Sequence record: NC_027402.1
Strand: one strand, 5' to 3'
DNA length: 64,000 nt
In this document: one piece after another, positions 15,974 through 26,370 of the stretch
Layout of the letters: each line of letters opens with the position of its first letter
How positions within the stretch are numbered: position 1 is the stretch's first letter
Notes under the pieces: generated by a model
Database searches by the model: none
Seen by the model: the letters and a program-made list of their open reading frames with translations, nothing else
What the model was told of the DNA's origin: nothing
Position numbers and translations under genes: made by a program

Positions 15974-18715
15974 TTAGAGGACGTTGTCTGGGTTGTCGTC
16001 GGTAGTCCCTTCGTCTTCTGCGCCTTCCGTTCCCTCGGTGGTTGTATCCGTGGTTTCGGTCGACTCAGTCGTTTCCCCTGTACTATCCCCGTCGGTTCCG
16101 TCATCCGTATCGAGATCGAGGTCTAAATCATCGTCACCCCCACCACCGAGATCTCCTTCACCGCCACCGGTGGCACCGCCCGCATCAAAACCACCACTGA
16201 ATCCGCCAGCAGATTCGTTAGGGTCAAGGTCAGCATTTTTCGCTAACGTTTCCAGTCGACCTGTAAAACGTTTCGCCAGTTGAATCAGCGTCTTCGAAGC
16301 AGCCATCGCTTCATCAGTCATCATGGTGATGTTGTCTTGACGAGATTTATCGTCGTAAACCAGATCGAAGAAGTCGGTTTCAATGCCTTGTTTACGCAGC
16401 CAGTTGCGCGTATAGAAGGATTTGATCATCGTCTTCAGATCGTTCGGGTCCATCGAGATGCCTTCCTGCTGAAGTTGCGCAGCAATGTCATCCGTTACAA
16501 CCAGATCAGCCAGCTTCTCAAAGAACTCAGTACGTTTATCGAACAACTCCATCTGCGAAGCTGCTGCTGAGGTGTCTGGTGGTGGTAAGGTTACTTTCAT
16601 ACCGTTGATGAAGGCAGCCAGATACTCAGAGACCTTTTTCGTAACCTGGTCAGTAGTCATCCCATTGCCGTTAGCATTGATATACTCTGCAATGATTTTA
16701 ATCATCGCTGATTGTAACGACGGGGAGGCCAACATCCCATTGACTACATAACGCGTCAGTGGCTTAGAGAGAATCTCTTGCTTCTTAACAACTTGTTGCG
16801 TGACCAGCAACGATTTAGAGAAAATCTGTGAAGCGAATTCGATGTTCTCCGGGGTCATTACCAGGTCAGGGTCAACACCAGCGATATGGCAAGTACGGCG
16901 TAACAGACCTTCGTCGAAATCCTTATCCGGATATTTATAATCCGGCGTGGTATCCGACACAGACACTTTGGTACTACCGTAGTAGTCGTTACCGATAACG
17001 TTGAACGCAATACCTGCGTTTGTCGTCATTGCCCAGGTGTCGTTCATGTCCCCCCACATCGGTTGACGACGGTTATAGGAGTTCATGATGTCTGTTTTCA
17101 ACTGGTCAATTGTTTTCTGACCGTTCATGTCATCTGGTGCCAACTCAATGTCGTACTGCATGTGACGCGCAGAGTTTAACACCGCAGAGTTCATGGTAGC
17201 GAACAACAGTGCCATACGGACAGTAGAGATAACGAACGAACGTTCGGTAATAGATACACCGATGCCATCTTCATCAAAGTCCGTGGCGAAGTAGCAAAGG
17301 TTTTCCGCAGGAATATAAATAACCTGCGTATGGCGTTTTGCCAGATGGCGCGCCAGCATGATACGGCTGAACGTTTCGGTTACCGTCATGCTAATCTCAG
17401 CACCACCCAACGCCTCACCCAACGCTTTTGTCAGCTGATCTTCAGCAATCTCACCATAACGCGCTGTTAAGCGGTTAGCAATGTCTGGTGTGATTCGGGT
17501 TGTGTTGCCCATCCCCAGATTTGCACGGTTGATTGTTGAATCCACCATACCGTCGTTGTTCAGGTAGTTCATGAAGTTCGCATCACCGTAAAGTGTGGAG
17601 CGCGAGTTAATGAAGTTACCCATTTCGTCAACGATGGCCAGATAACCTATGGGGTTACGAACATCGTCGCCGATAACGAGCGGGAGTGTGGACTCTGCTG
17701 GCAGTAATCGTTCCGTGTATTCGATTTTGTTAGCATCGGAGAAACTCATCTTCGGTACTTCGCCGTAAAGCTTTTGCTCAGGCGTTTTCTGGTACGCTTC
17801 GTTGAGGTCGCCAATGTTGATTAAACCGAGTTTTGCCTTCTCTTGTTCGCTGTCAGTGAACTGGTCAGCGTTATACGCTGACGCACCTGTCGGTGTAGAA
17901 GGTTGTTCATATGCGTACTGCTCTAACTGCCCGAACAGGCCGGTACGAGCATTCTCCTGTGCCACACGGCGATAAGCCTCTGGTAACAGGGTAATACGCG
18001 GGTTGTCGGTGATAACGATATCCAGGGAAGCTAACATACCGTCTGCTTTAAACGGACTGTTAGGGGCTGATGCAAAGTTAAGTTTAATGGTTTGTGGCTT
18101 GGTGGGCTTGTCAGCGCCACGTGCACGGCCCAGAATACTTTCTACACCAACCTTCGGTTTGTTCTCACCGCCAATCTTGCCTAGAATACCCAACTGACGT
18201 TCAAAGAAGTCAGATTGGCTCCGGCGCAGTGATTCGGTTGCAACAGACGGCTTTAAGCCGAAGAGTTCATCGAATCCGGTATCTGAAATCAGCAACACTG
18301 GGCTCGCACCTTTGGATTTCAGTGCATCGTAAATCCACTGATACAGTTTGTTGGGTAACTGGCGCGTGTGGTCATGGAATTCACGCACAGGTTCCAACAA
18401 CTGTTGACGCAGGTCGATCGGGATATCAGCCACGTTGTCGTAAATCAGCGTGGTGTTAATCAAATCTTTTGTGGACAGGAGTGAGGAGGTCGCGATGGTA
18501 ACAATGACCTCTAACTCAGGGAGCGCATCAAAGATACGTTCGGCATTTTTAACGGTGCGAATGCGGCTACTCGCAATGCCCGTGAGTTCTGTACGGGTTG
18601 GTGTAACGCCGCCATCTTCACGCTTACCGCGTTGCTGCTGAGCCGACGGGCTCGTGGACTTACGCAGTATGGCAGCTACCGCGGGGTCGCCCGTTAATTT
18701 ACTAATATCTTCCAT
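15974..18715 (-). CDS. Portal protein (phiKZ gp129/SPN3US gp81 type)
   Basis: 913 aa; minus strand; ATE-161 and AQE-254 match recalled SPN3US portal processing sites; acidic C-terminal tail. Confidence 0.85.
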   Translation of the reverse strand: MEDISKLTGDPAVAAILRKSTSPSAQQQRGKREDGGVTPTRTELTGIASSRIRTVKNAERIFDALPELEVIVTIATSSLLSTKDLINTTLIYDNVADIPIDLRQQLLEPVREFHDHTRQLPNKLYQWIYDALKSKGASPVLLISDTGFDELFGLKPSVATESLRRSQSDFFERQLGILGKIGGENKPKVGVESILGRARGADKPTKPQTIKLNFASAPNSPFKADGMLASLDIVITDNPRITLLPEAYRRVAQENARTGLFGQLEQYAYEQPSTPTGASAYNADQFTDSEQEKAKLGLINIGDLNEAYQKTPEQKLYGEVPKMSFSDANKIEYTERLLPAESTLPLVIGDDVRNPIGYLAIVDEMGNFINSRSTLYGDANFMNYLNNDGMVDSTINRANLGMGNTTRITPDIANRLTARYGEIAEDQLTKALGEALGGAEISMTVTETFSRIMLARHLAKRHTQVIYIPAENLCYFATDFDEDGIGVSITERSFVISTVRMALLFATMNSAVLNSARHMQYDIELAPDDMNGQKTIDQLKTDIMNSYNRRQPMWGDMNDTWAMTTNAGIAFNVIGNDYYGSTKVSVSDTTPDYKYPDKDFDEGLLRRTCHIAGVDPDLVMTPENIEFASQIFSKSLLVTQQVVKKQEILSKPLTRYVVNGMLASPSLQSAMIKIIAEYINANGNGMTTDQVTKKVSEYLAAFINGMKVTLPPPDTSAAASQMELFDKRTEFFEKLADLVVTDDIAAQLQQEGISMDPNDLKTMIKSFYTRNWLRKQGIETDFFDLVYDDKSRQDNITMMTDEAMAASKTLIQLAKRFTGRLETLAKNADLDPNESAGGFSGGFDAGGATGGGEGDLGGGGDDDLDLDLDTDDGTDGDSTGETTESTETTDTTTEGTEGAEDEGTTDDNPDNVL

Positions 18716-18726
18716 TGGGGTCTCCG

Positions 18727-20910
18727 ATGCAGAGATTTAACATTTTTCGTGACCAGGCTATCCAGTTAGCGAAATCCCTGATTGTCAAATCAGAGAGCAT
18801 CGCACAACAGATGAACCTGGCAATAACCAAAAACGGCGGTTTCGTTTCCGAGAACCGTGAGACGTGGCGGTATTACCTACACTTAGCAGGTAAACGACAT
18901 GCAATCGACAAGCCGATATACATTACGTCACTCGACACGCAAGAGCAGATAGAGTTAACGACGCAGAACCTCTCCCGTCATAAAAAGACCTCAAACGTAT
19001 ATCGTTCTAACCCGGAATATATCGACGACTTAATCGCCGAGTATCCGGACTACGCAGTATACATTCGCGGCACTTTCAATCCGATTGATGTTGCATACGC
19101 GATACGTGTCGATGACTGCTCAATTTTGTATTACGATCCTGCTTTAGTTGAACCGCAGGAGACGTCGTTAATTACACATATTGAGAACTTTATTCGTGCG
19201 GCACATGTACGTTTCATGGCCGATGGCTGGAAAGTTCACAACGACTGTTTCGTACTGGCCTTTTACATGCAGCAGTACCCGGTGTGGCCGGGGCTTATCA
19301 TGTACATCCGCAAACGATTACAGTTTACGACCGAAACGCACTCCTACTACGTGACCGAGTTCTTGGCATCGCACCAAGAACTGCACGAGTTCATGCCGTA
19401 CCTGACCCTCAAGCAGAAATTCACACTGTATCGCAATATCCGTTACTGGGAACGTAACTCTGGTAAGGAAGAAATCTTTACCTGGATGATTGACACCCTG
19501 CTGACAGGTTGGGGTATGCCTGCTGTTGGATATAAGGTCGCCCAGCAGATTCACGACCCGACGACGGGCAGCGACGATGACCTGACACCACTCCCGATCG
19601 GCTACCAGTCGTCGCTTAACTATACTGAACGTGACTCGGGTCGTGACCTGGACATTGTTAGCACAACTGACATTATCCAGAAAGAAATCAATCTGGCGTA
19701 CAATAACCCAGTGCACGAACCCGACTATCAGGAAGACCTCGATCGGCGTTTGAGCTTGACGCAGTATCCGAACCTACCAACGAAGTTAGTTGAGGTAACG
19801 GCGATTGACCCAGAGGCCATCGAACGTTGGGAATTTATGCATGGCTTGTTCAACGAGTGGATGCATATCGTGGCACGTGGACAGTACAACATTTACCACG
19901 AAATTCTTAACCCAACGAACGGGGACACGCTAAAGCTCACTTCAAAAGAGCTGCTGGCACTGTTCTTGTATGCGAGCTTCAAAGGTTATTCTGGCGTAGC
20001 ACTGGATAAAATCCCGGTGTGGAATGTGTTTGGTGTGTTAATCAAACGCTGGGTTGGTTTTGATGAGATGGTGCAGCATCTGCCAAGCTCATGGCCCGGC
20101 CGTTTTAATGCGCTGATTAACTATTACACGGACACGCATCATGAAGTTATCGGTAATTTGATGTCTGCAGATGAGTTGTACGATGAAATCAGCGAAATCA
20201 TGGTGCAGAAGCGTCGTCGTTACCGTTACTCGTATAATCGACACAAGCTAGCCGACCGTGCTGCCGGCACAATGCTGTTTACCTACCACTACCGTGACTA
20301 TAAGTGCGATCTTGACCTACCTTACCGCGATTACGACGAGTTCTTCAAAACGTTTGGTTTTGATTACGAGTTAGTCTCCGCGGAAACCTGGCAGGACATC
20401 GCCACCGACGCTCTAAACGTGGCCACCAATCTGGAAACACGTGCGTCTGTCTCACAAGCTGAAATACAACGCGCGATGGTGCGGTTAATGACGAAACTCT
20501 CGTCGTATACTGTCCATTTTGCCGCACGTATGGGTTCTGACACCTACGATGTCACCGACCCAGTCATCCCGATTCTGGATGATATTCTCACAGAGGCTGC
20601 CGATACAACAAATATCATTTACCCTCTGACAGACGTGCAGCGTGTGAGCCGTAGTTCATTCATGACGACGGATAAGCCCATCCCTGTCGCTCCCGTGATA
20701 AAGGAAATGGCAATCCCGCAACGTATTAAGTTGCGGATGAATGTCTACCCTGGTATCCGTGTGAAGGTCGAGCAGGATGTTGTGGTCGATATGGTACAGC
20801 CGTCTATCGACGTTGTCCGTGTGCGGACGTCATTTGAGGAGTGGACGCTTGCCGAGCGCGTGGCCGACCGTGACATGGATGGCTTCCGGCTAGACCAATT
20901 ACCAAAGTGA
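18727..20910 (+). CDS. Probable baseplate/virion structural protein (phiKZ gp128 type)
   Basis: About 727 aa; divergent from portal; ends in DMDGFRL motif shared with tail paralogs; ATG 18727 preferred over TTG 18715. Confidence 0.6.
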   Translation: MQRFNIFRDQAIQLAKSLIVKSESIAQQMNLAITKNGGFVSENRETWRYYLHLAGKRHAIDKPIYITSLDTQEQIELTTQNLSRHKKTSNVYRSNPEYIDDLIAEYPDYAVYIRGTFNPIDVAYAIRVDDCSILYYDPALVEPQETSLITHIENFIRAAHVRFMADGWKVHNDCFVLAFYMQQYPVWPGLIMYIRKRLQFTTETHSYYVTEFLASHQELHEFMPYLTLKQKFTLYRNIRYWERNSGKEEIFTWMIDTLLTGWGMPAVGYKVAQQIHDPTTGSDDDLTPLPIGYQSSLNYTERDSGRDLDIVSTTDIIQKEINLAYNNPVHEPDYQEDLDRRLSLTQYPNLPTKLVEVTAIDPEAIERWEFMHGLFNEWMHIVARGQYNIYHEILNPTNGDTLKLTSKELLALFLYASFKGYSGVALDKIPVWNVFGVLIKRWVGFDEMVQHLPSSWPGRFNALINYYTDTHHEVIGNLMSADELYDEISEIMVQKRRRYRYSYNRHKLADRAAGTMLFTYHYRDYKCDLDLPYRDYDEFFKTFGFDYELVSAETWQDIATDALNVATNLETRASVSQAEIQRAMVRLMTKLSSYTVHFAARMGSDTYDVTDPVIPILDDILTEAADTTNIIYPLTDVQRVSRSSFMTTDKPIPVAPVIKEMAIPQRIKLRMNVYPGIRVKVEQDVVVDMVQPSIDVVRVRTSFEEWTLAERVADRDMDGFRLDQLPK

Positions 20911-20917
20911 GAGACTT

Positions 20918-21445
20918 ATGGGATACCGTATAGATTTATCAAAAACCCCGAAACAGATTCTGGTTGAGAGAATCAATTACGTTTTTAAGTTATCGTATAG
21001 TGAAAATAACTACGAGTTTAACCCACGTGGGGTGTGGCCGCTGACCCGAGCAGAGCGACGCGCTAAAGGCGTGGAGTCTAAAGTTGCGGCGCGCTTTGTA
21101 AATGGGGTACACGGCACCCAAGAGTTTTACCTGACTCGTGCGGACTTAAACAAGTTACTTAAAGACGTAACGGTTGAAGTCCCGAAAGGTGCGGTGGAAT
21201 GGAGCCATGAATTAGTTCCGTATATTGTCGATGAGCTGGGTCTCCAGCTCGACACCTACGACATCATGGTTGAACCGATTACCCCAGAAATGGAATCGTA
21301 TGAGGCGCGCTTAATCCCGCACCATCTATCTTTCAAAGGCACGATTGCGATTACTTTTGTTGACCCAACTCCCCGTAAGCTGGCGCAGCTGGTAACTAAA
21401 CGGGCACTCGACGGGTTTCGCCCAGGAGAATTTTTAAATGGCTAA
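20918..21445 (+). CDS. Virion structural protein with the tail paralog N-domain
   Basis: GTQEFYLTRADLNKLL...ELGLQLDTYDI and C-terminal ALDGF. Confidence 0.65.
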   Translation: MGYRIDLSKTPKQILVERINYVFKLSYSENNYEFNPRGVWPLTRAERRAKGVESKVAARFVNGVHGTQEFYLTRADLNKLLKDVTVEVPKGAVEWSHELVPYIVDELGLQLDTYDIMVEPITPEMESYEARLIPHHLSFKGTIAITFVDPTPRKLAQLVTKRALDGFRPGEFLNG

Positions 21446-22325
21446 CACCAAAGTTTACGATGGTAAACTGTCAACAGTGACTCTTAACGCGATGCGACTT
21501 ACGACCGCGTTATTGACAGGCGCTGACGTGCAGTACCCACAGAAATCCACGATGAACGAGTTTTATAAACTCATGACCTCGAAAGTGCCCGATGGCGCTA
21601 CACGCCCGCATTTAGGATACATGTGCGTAGGCAATCGCGGACACATTGTTGATCAGTCTGATGTTGTGGCAGACGTTGTTCCTGTCGCGAAATCCCCGAT
21701 TACGTCAGGGATGTTCTCGCGCGTTCCATTGGTACTGCGTACATTGGATAATGACTTATCTGATGAGCAACGTAAACAGTACGCTTTCCGTACTCGTGAA
21801 ACTATCGGCGCGCGGGATTACTGGGCGTATTATCTGAAACGTATCGACATGCGCGCAGTGAAGACCACTGACCTGGACATCACTCGCGAAAACGGCATCG
21901 AAACCGTCAAAGATTTCGTCTATACCGATGCGGAACTGAACCCGGTACCGAAAGAACTCCCAGACTACGATTACGACGATGACGGCACTGTAGAGATCCC
22001 CGACGGTCGTTATGTTGAATCGGGCGCAGACCTGGTGATTCCATGGACTGAGTTTGATGTTCAGGAATACATGAACGTGACGGCGATTCTACGTGGCACG
22101 CCGCGCAGTTCGATTATCTCTGAAATTGCGCTGTGCTCTGGCGTTGATACCCCTGAAACGGGTGAGTCGGCTACCGGTTCACAGTTCAGCTACGACGAAG
22201 CTATCGGTGTGCAAGCGTTGTACTACATCTCTCTGTTCACTAACCTGGCACAGACCAACGATCGTCTGTCACTGACCATCCGTATCGGCCAGCCAGCACC
22301 GTGGTTCTTAGGGACAGCTAACTGA
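21438..22325 (+). CDS. Conserved virion structural protein, probably baseplate-associated
   Basis: Operonic with structural genes; function from context only. Confidence 0.55.
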   Translation: MANTKVYDGKLSTVTLNAMRLTTALLTGADVQYPQKSTMNEFYKLMTSKVPDGATRPHLGYMCVGNRGHIVDQSDVVADVVPVAKSPITSGMFSRVPLVLRTLDNDLSDEQRKQYAFRTRETIGARDYWAYYLKRIDMRAVKTTDLDITRENGIETVKDFVYTDAELNPVPKELPDYDYDDDGTVEIPDGRYVESGADLVIPWTEFDVQEYMNVTAILRGTPRSSIISEIALCSGVDTPETGESATGSQFSYDEAIGVQALYYISLFTNLAQTNDRLSLTIRIGQPAPWFLGTAN

Positions 22326-22975
22326 TGCTGATTCCTGAGCCGAGGTTACCCGACAGTATGGTGAGGATTGCGGCTGTTGACCCCGGTACCGCCCATCTTG
22401 GGATGGCGGTTATCGACTGGGAATTTGGCCAACCTCAAGGTGAAGTTGTCTGGGCGGGAACGGCTCATGTTGCGGACCCTACGCACAATAGCGCCTTTGG
22501 CGAGTGCGTAGGGAAACGTGATGCGCGTTTGGTGGAATTAGAAGAACGCTTTCGCGAGTTTTTAAAACTGGCAAGGCCGACTTTTGTCGCTACCGAAACT
22601 CCATTCATGCGAAGAGCTAAGCTCTCAGCGTACGAGTCTGGGGTGGAGTTGCAACTGATGTTGCGGCGAACGCTTTGGGACGTGTTTCCCGAAAAATATC
22701 TCCATGGGTTTAATCCTATTATTGTGAAGTCGTACGTTGGTGTGGAAGCAAAGGGTACAGATAAATCGCATATGCAGCAAGCGGTTACCAAGCTCTACGC
22801 TAACCATACCCGGTGCGACTTATCGGTATTGGATGAACACAGTATCGATGCCGTGGCGGTGGGCAATATCTTCGTCAGGGTCAACTTATTAAACCTAAAT
22901 AGTCTTCTTCCGCCCAAGGTTAAAGTTCCTAAAGCTAAGGCCGGTAAGCGGAAAGGAAGACGCCGGAGGAAATAG
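22325..22975 (+). CDS. ruvC: RuvC-like Holliday junction resolvase
   Basis: RIAAVDPGTAHLGMAV, ATETPF and EHSIDAVAVG give the D-E-D catalytic set; basic C-tail. Confidence 0.85.
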   Translation: MLIPEPRLPDSMVRIAAVDPGTAHLGMAVIDWEFGQPQGEVVWAGTAHVADPTHNSAFGECVGKRDARLVELEERFREFLKLARPTFVATETPFMRRAKLSAYESGVELQLMLRRTLWDVFPEKYLHGFNPIIVKSYVGVEAKGTDKSHMQQAVTKLYANHTRCDLSVLDEHSIDAVAVGNIFVRVNLLNLNSLLPPKVKVPKAKAGKRKGRRRRK

Positions 22976-22977
22976 CG

Positions 22978-23550
22978 ATGTCGCAGTCTTTGCAAGAAGC
23001 CTCGACGGATGTGTTGGATGTTCTTATCCAGGCGGGCACCAATAAATTAAGCCTGGAGGAGAGTAAACGACTAAAAACAGCCGCCCAGACCGCTTTGGGA
23101 AGTGATGTTGAAATTGATGTCACTAAACCTGCTAACGTGATTCTTACTTCTTTACGCCCCCTCATCCTTGAGCAGGTGGGGAACATGGCGAAAACGTTTG
23201 AATCGCAAGCAAAAGCCGCAGTAGAAAGCATGGATGAAAAGCTCGCCAAAGAAACGTTATTGACTCTGTGGCCAAATTTGAAAGGTCCGCAGAAAGTCCT
23301 TATCGTTTTGTTGGTGCTGACCACTGTGGTGATCACTGGCGCGATGGCCTGGGACACACACCTGCATTATCCACAAGAGTTAACGGATGTGCTGGTTGTG
23401 GCGCTCTTACCTTTGTTTGCTCAGGCCGTGTTCTTTACATGGCCGATTAAGACGCTTGCTTATAACTCGATGGCCATTGGTGCCAAAGTTGTTGAATACA
23501 AGCTGAATAAGAGCAACGCGAAGCAACAGACTACCGCACCTAAAGTGTAA
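22978..23550 (+). CDS. Membrane protein with two C-terminal TM helices
   Basis: VLIVLLVLTTVVITGAMAW and VLVVALLPLFAQAVFFTW. Confidence 0.75.
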   Translation: MSQSLQEASTDVLDVLIQAGTNKLSLEESKRLKTAAQTALGSDVEIDVTKPANVILTSLRPLILEQVGNMAKTFESQAKAAVESMDEKLAKETLLTLWPNLKGPQKVLIVLLVLTTVVITGAMAWDTHLHYPQELTDVLVVALLPLFAQAVFFTWPIKTLAYNSMAIGAKVVEYKLNKSNAKQQTTAPKV

Positions 23551-23556
23551 TTAAGC

Positions 23557-23595
23557 CCTCTTCTCCTCCGGGGGAAGAGGCTTCTTATTTTTTTT
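23557..23595 (+). terminator. Intrinsic terminator
   Basis: CCTCTTCTCC-tccg-GGGGAAGAGG then T run. Confidence 0.75.
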
Positions 23596-23647
23596 ATTAC
23601 GTCTACGTAAATTACTGTGTAAGCACGACCCAAAAGGAATATAAAAA

Positions 23648-24286
23648 ATGCAATTACAATTTCGTCAACGGTCTGTACTACTACCGTTTAGCGCTATATT
23701 AGGTTCGTTTACCAAAATGCTGTCTGTGGATTTTACTACAGCTGAGAAAGAAGCGCTGTTATTGGCGGCAGTCGAAGAAGTATTGTGGGAGGCGTTTTAC
23801 GTAGTGCCGTTTCGTAGCTGCTTAAACGCCCCGTATGTTGAAGGGCAGTTTGTCAGCGCGCTTTCCGCTGCGATTACCAAACGTAAACTAAATGCCATGG
23901 CGCATGTCAAAGAGATCACCGCGCAACGAGGACGGATATTCGCTGCCGTCAGAAATGTGTTAATTAAAGAAGGGTTTCTTGCAGACTCGCTAGGTCCCGA
24001 AGTTCCTTGGGAACCAGGTCATCCACCGCGTCAGTTCGACCACGGGTACAAGTTAAGTATAATTATGCCACGCGGTAAGCGTGACGTCTCATTGGGGAAA
24101 TGGTTACAGATAAGCTGGGTTCGTCCTACTATCGATTGGCAAGAAATGTCGGTCAATCGCTATCTGGAACACCTGGCAAAAACACCGGCACAGTTTCACC
24201 GTTCAACAATCCTGCCGTTACACATGCTGTTAAAACCGTCCCTGTCATTGGCAGAAGCCATATACCTGCTTAGTGGAGAGAAGTGA
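23648..24286 (+). CDS. Hypothetical protein (212 aa)
   Basis: SD AAGGA; GTGA overlap with next gene. Confidence 0.75.
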   Translation: MQLQFRQRSVLLPFSAILGSFTKMLSVDFTTAEKEALLLAAVEEVLWEAFYVVPFRSCLNAPYVEGQFVSALSAAITKRKLNAMAHVKEITAQRGRIFAAVRNVLIKEGFLADSLGPEVPWEPGHPPRQFDHGYKLSIIMPRGKRDVSLGKWLQISWVRPTIDWQEMSVNRYLEHLAKTPAQFHRSTILPLHMLLKPSLSLAEAIYLLSGEK

Positions 24287-24768
24287 TGCTTGTTATTAAT
24301 GTGGTCGAGGATAAGATTCCTGCGAACGTTTATCCTGAACTGGTTGAATGGGTACGCGACTTAAACAGTATTCGTGAGGAGCCTATTAAACTCACGATGT
24401 TTGTTGAGGATGATATCGTGCGGGGAATCATGGCATGGGAACCTGGCCATTTGGTCTATATGGTTGTGCCCGAGGAATCGCGACGCGGCGGCGTCGGTAG
24501 ATTTATGCTTAAGTATCTTCAGCAGAACTCCGATCGTAAACACGTCAGCTGTCGTGTTCACCCGACCAACATTCCCGCGCTGGGATTCTTTCACCAACAA
24601 GGCTTCCAGATTGACCGATGGTATATTGCTGCTGACGGCCAACGGTATTTTCGTATGACGAACTACAATGTTATTTCGTCACACACGCCACCGGAGGAAA
24701 AGCTTTTAACTCATTACGCTGAAAGCGTTCCCATTTTTCTTTCGATGGCAGAAGGTCAATTCGTCTAA
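24283..24768 (+). CDS. GNAT acetyltransferase
   Basis: Motif A VPEESRRGGVGRFML; motif B NIPALGFFHQQGF. Confidence 0.85.
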   Translation: MMLVINVVEDKIPANVYPELVEWVRDLNSIREEPIKLTMFVEDDIVRGIMAWEPGHLVYMVVPEESRRGGVGRFMLKYLQQNSDRKHVSCRVHPTNIPALGFFHQQGFQIDRWYIAADGQRYFRMTNYNVISSHTPPEEKLLTHYAESVPIFLSMAEGQFV

Positions 24769-24785
24769 ACGAGCGAGAGTGTATA

Positions 24786-25262
24786 ATGATACGTGTTGCT
24801 TACGAAACACGAGATACGGATGGAACCCGTATAAACGTCATCCGCCGTGTGGAGCTTGTTCCTCAGCATGAACTGAATATTGCAGACAGTTCGCTTAGGG
24901 GTACTCCTGTTAAGATTCTGAATCTTACGAGACGTTCTTTTCATCACAGTAAGACTTCACCAGCAATACGGTCCAGTAAAAGAAAAAGTTATGCCGATTT
25001 AAAACATCGGTTGTCCCGGCATTTTCGTCGGAGTGCCTGGAAGGCTTTAGTTGTGGTTTTGGTTGACGAACACCTTATCCAGAAGTTGGAATGGGAAGAG
25101 GTTCTCAAGGAAGCGGGCTATCCAACTAAACCTTTCTCTTATCACTGGCATCACTTCAAAAAACAGTTCCACGATGCCTTACAGGTATCGCCAAACACTC
25201 GCAACATGATTCACCGTTTGGAGAAAATGGACTGGCTTCTACCCTATCTGGAAGAGGACTAG
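24786..25262 (+). CDS. Hypothetical protein (158 aa)
   Basis: ORF in operon. Confidence 0.7.
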   Translation: MIRVAYETRDTDGTRINVIRRVELVPQHELNIADSSLRGTPVKILNLTRRSFHHSKTSPAIRSSKRKSYADLKHRLSRHFRRSAWKALVVVLVDEHLIQKLEWEEVLKEAGYPTKPFSYHWHHFKKQFHDALQVSPNTRNMIHRLEKMDWLLPYLEED

Positions 25263-25264
25263 AT

Positions 25265-25654
25265 ATGATGCGTGCTGTATTAGCTGTGTTTATAATTTGC
25301 GTTACTACGTCAGTATACGCGTTTACTGTTCAGGACTTCCCGCAATACAAACCAATGTGGGAAACTGACGCACCTGTGAAATTCAGCGACAAAGATGAAC
25401 CAGTCGTGACGGTGGAAAATGGTGAGTTTGCCGTGGTTAACTACGGACGTTCTGAACTGTGTCCAGGTGGTGGCTTTTATCTCGTTAACACAAAGCGCAA
25501 GACGTACCAGCCAATAGATGCGGGTACGTGTTCGTCGAAAGTTAAAGCGACAATTGCCCCGTCAGTACGAACACACTGCAGAGTTAATAACCTACGGTTA
25601 ACTTTTTGGGTAGGTAAAGAAATTTCCGCGCGGTATCCTTTGTACGATTACTAA
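25265..25654 (+). CDS. Secreted/periplasmic protein
   Basis: Signal peptide MMRAVLAVFIICVTTSVYA (VYA cleavage site); Cys residues in mature part. Confidence 0.75.
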   Translation: MMRAVLAVFIICVTTSVYAFTVQDFPQYKPMWETDAPVKFSDKDEPVVTVENGEFAVVNYGRSELCPGGGFYLVNTKRKTYQPIDAGTCSSKVKATIAPSVRTHCRVNNLRLTFWVGKEISARYPLYDY

Positions 25655-25661
25655 ACACAGC

Positions 25662-25697
25662 GTATAGGGGCTTCGGCCCCTATACTGTTTATTATTT
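25662..25697 (+). terminator. Intrinsic terminator (UUCG loop)
   Basis: GTATAGGGGC-ttcg-GCCCCTATAC then T-rich. Confidence 0.8.
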
Positions 25698-25710
25698 TCC
25701 TGTGAAGTAT

Positions 25711-25724
25711 TATGACCCCCCCCC
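25711..25724 (+). promoter_or_regulatory. Candidate late promoter followed by C9 run
   Basis: TATGA-CCCCCCCCC upstream of a structural-type gene. Confidence 0.4.
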
Positions 25725-25748
25725 TTAATCAAATACCAGGAGCGAGGC

Positions 25749-26366
25749 ATGTCTTTTGTTATTGACTTTAACCACCATCACAGTCAAACCTTGCTCGATT
25801 TAGTCAATGCTTTTAATGCTGAAACCGTTTATACGCCCCTGACCACAGAACGTATCCGTGTGGAGAGTTATGGTCCGCCGGAACCAGACGGTCGTGTAAG
25901 TGCTTTGCTGACTAATAAGAGTAAGCCGGACGACTATGTGGTTGTGCGTTACCGCAAATTGAGCCTCAATGATATAATCACGTTGAAGCCTGAACATCTC
26001 ACATGGTTTGATTTGTCGAAAGGTAAACCGGCCGATTTGCGCGTATGGTCTGAACCTGCAATGGCTAGTTTTGAATCGGCGTGTGCAGAACGCGGCATCG
26101 TTGTAAGTAAGGCGTGGGAAAACCCCGCGCAATGCCACGTGGAGTATGACATCCCGACCGATCGATACGTCCTCGTCTATGAATGCGAATCATTTGTTTA
26201 CGAATCACGCACACGCATTACGCTACCGTACCATATCGGCCAAGACTTAACCAAGACAACGCTGCCTGGTCTGGAATACGACCTGGCTGGTTTCTGGGGG
26301 CGTAAGCTGTTAGAAGAAGTGACTATCTCGAAGCTTAACGGTTTTCGTTATCGTGAGTTTGTTTAA
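25749..26366 (+). CDS. Virion structural protein, divergent tail paralog
   Basis: VVVRYRKLSLNDII; two LxG[LF] motifs (TTLPGLEY, SKLNGFRY). Confidence 0.6.
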   Translation: MSFVIDFNHHHSQTLLDLVNAFNAETVYTPLTTERIRVESYGPPEPDGRVSALLTNKSKPDDYVVVRYRKLSLNDIITLKPEHLTWFDLSKGKPADLRVWSEPAMASFESACAERGIVVSKAWENPAQCHVEYDIPTDRYVLVYECESFVYESRTRITLPYHIGQDLTKTTLPGLEYDLAGFWGRKLLEEVTISKLNGFRYREFV

Positions 26367-26370
26367 GACA

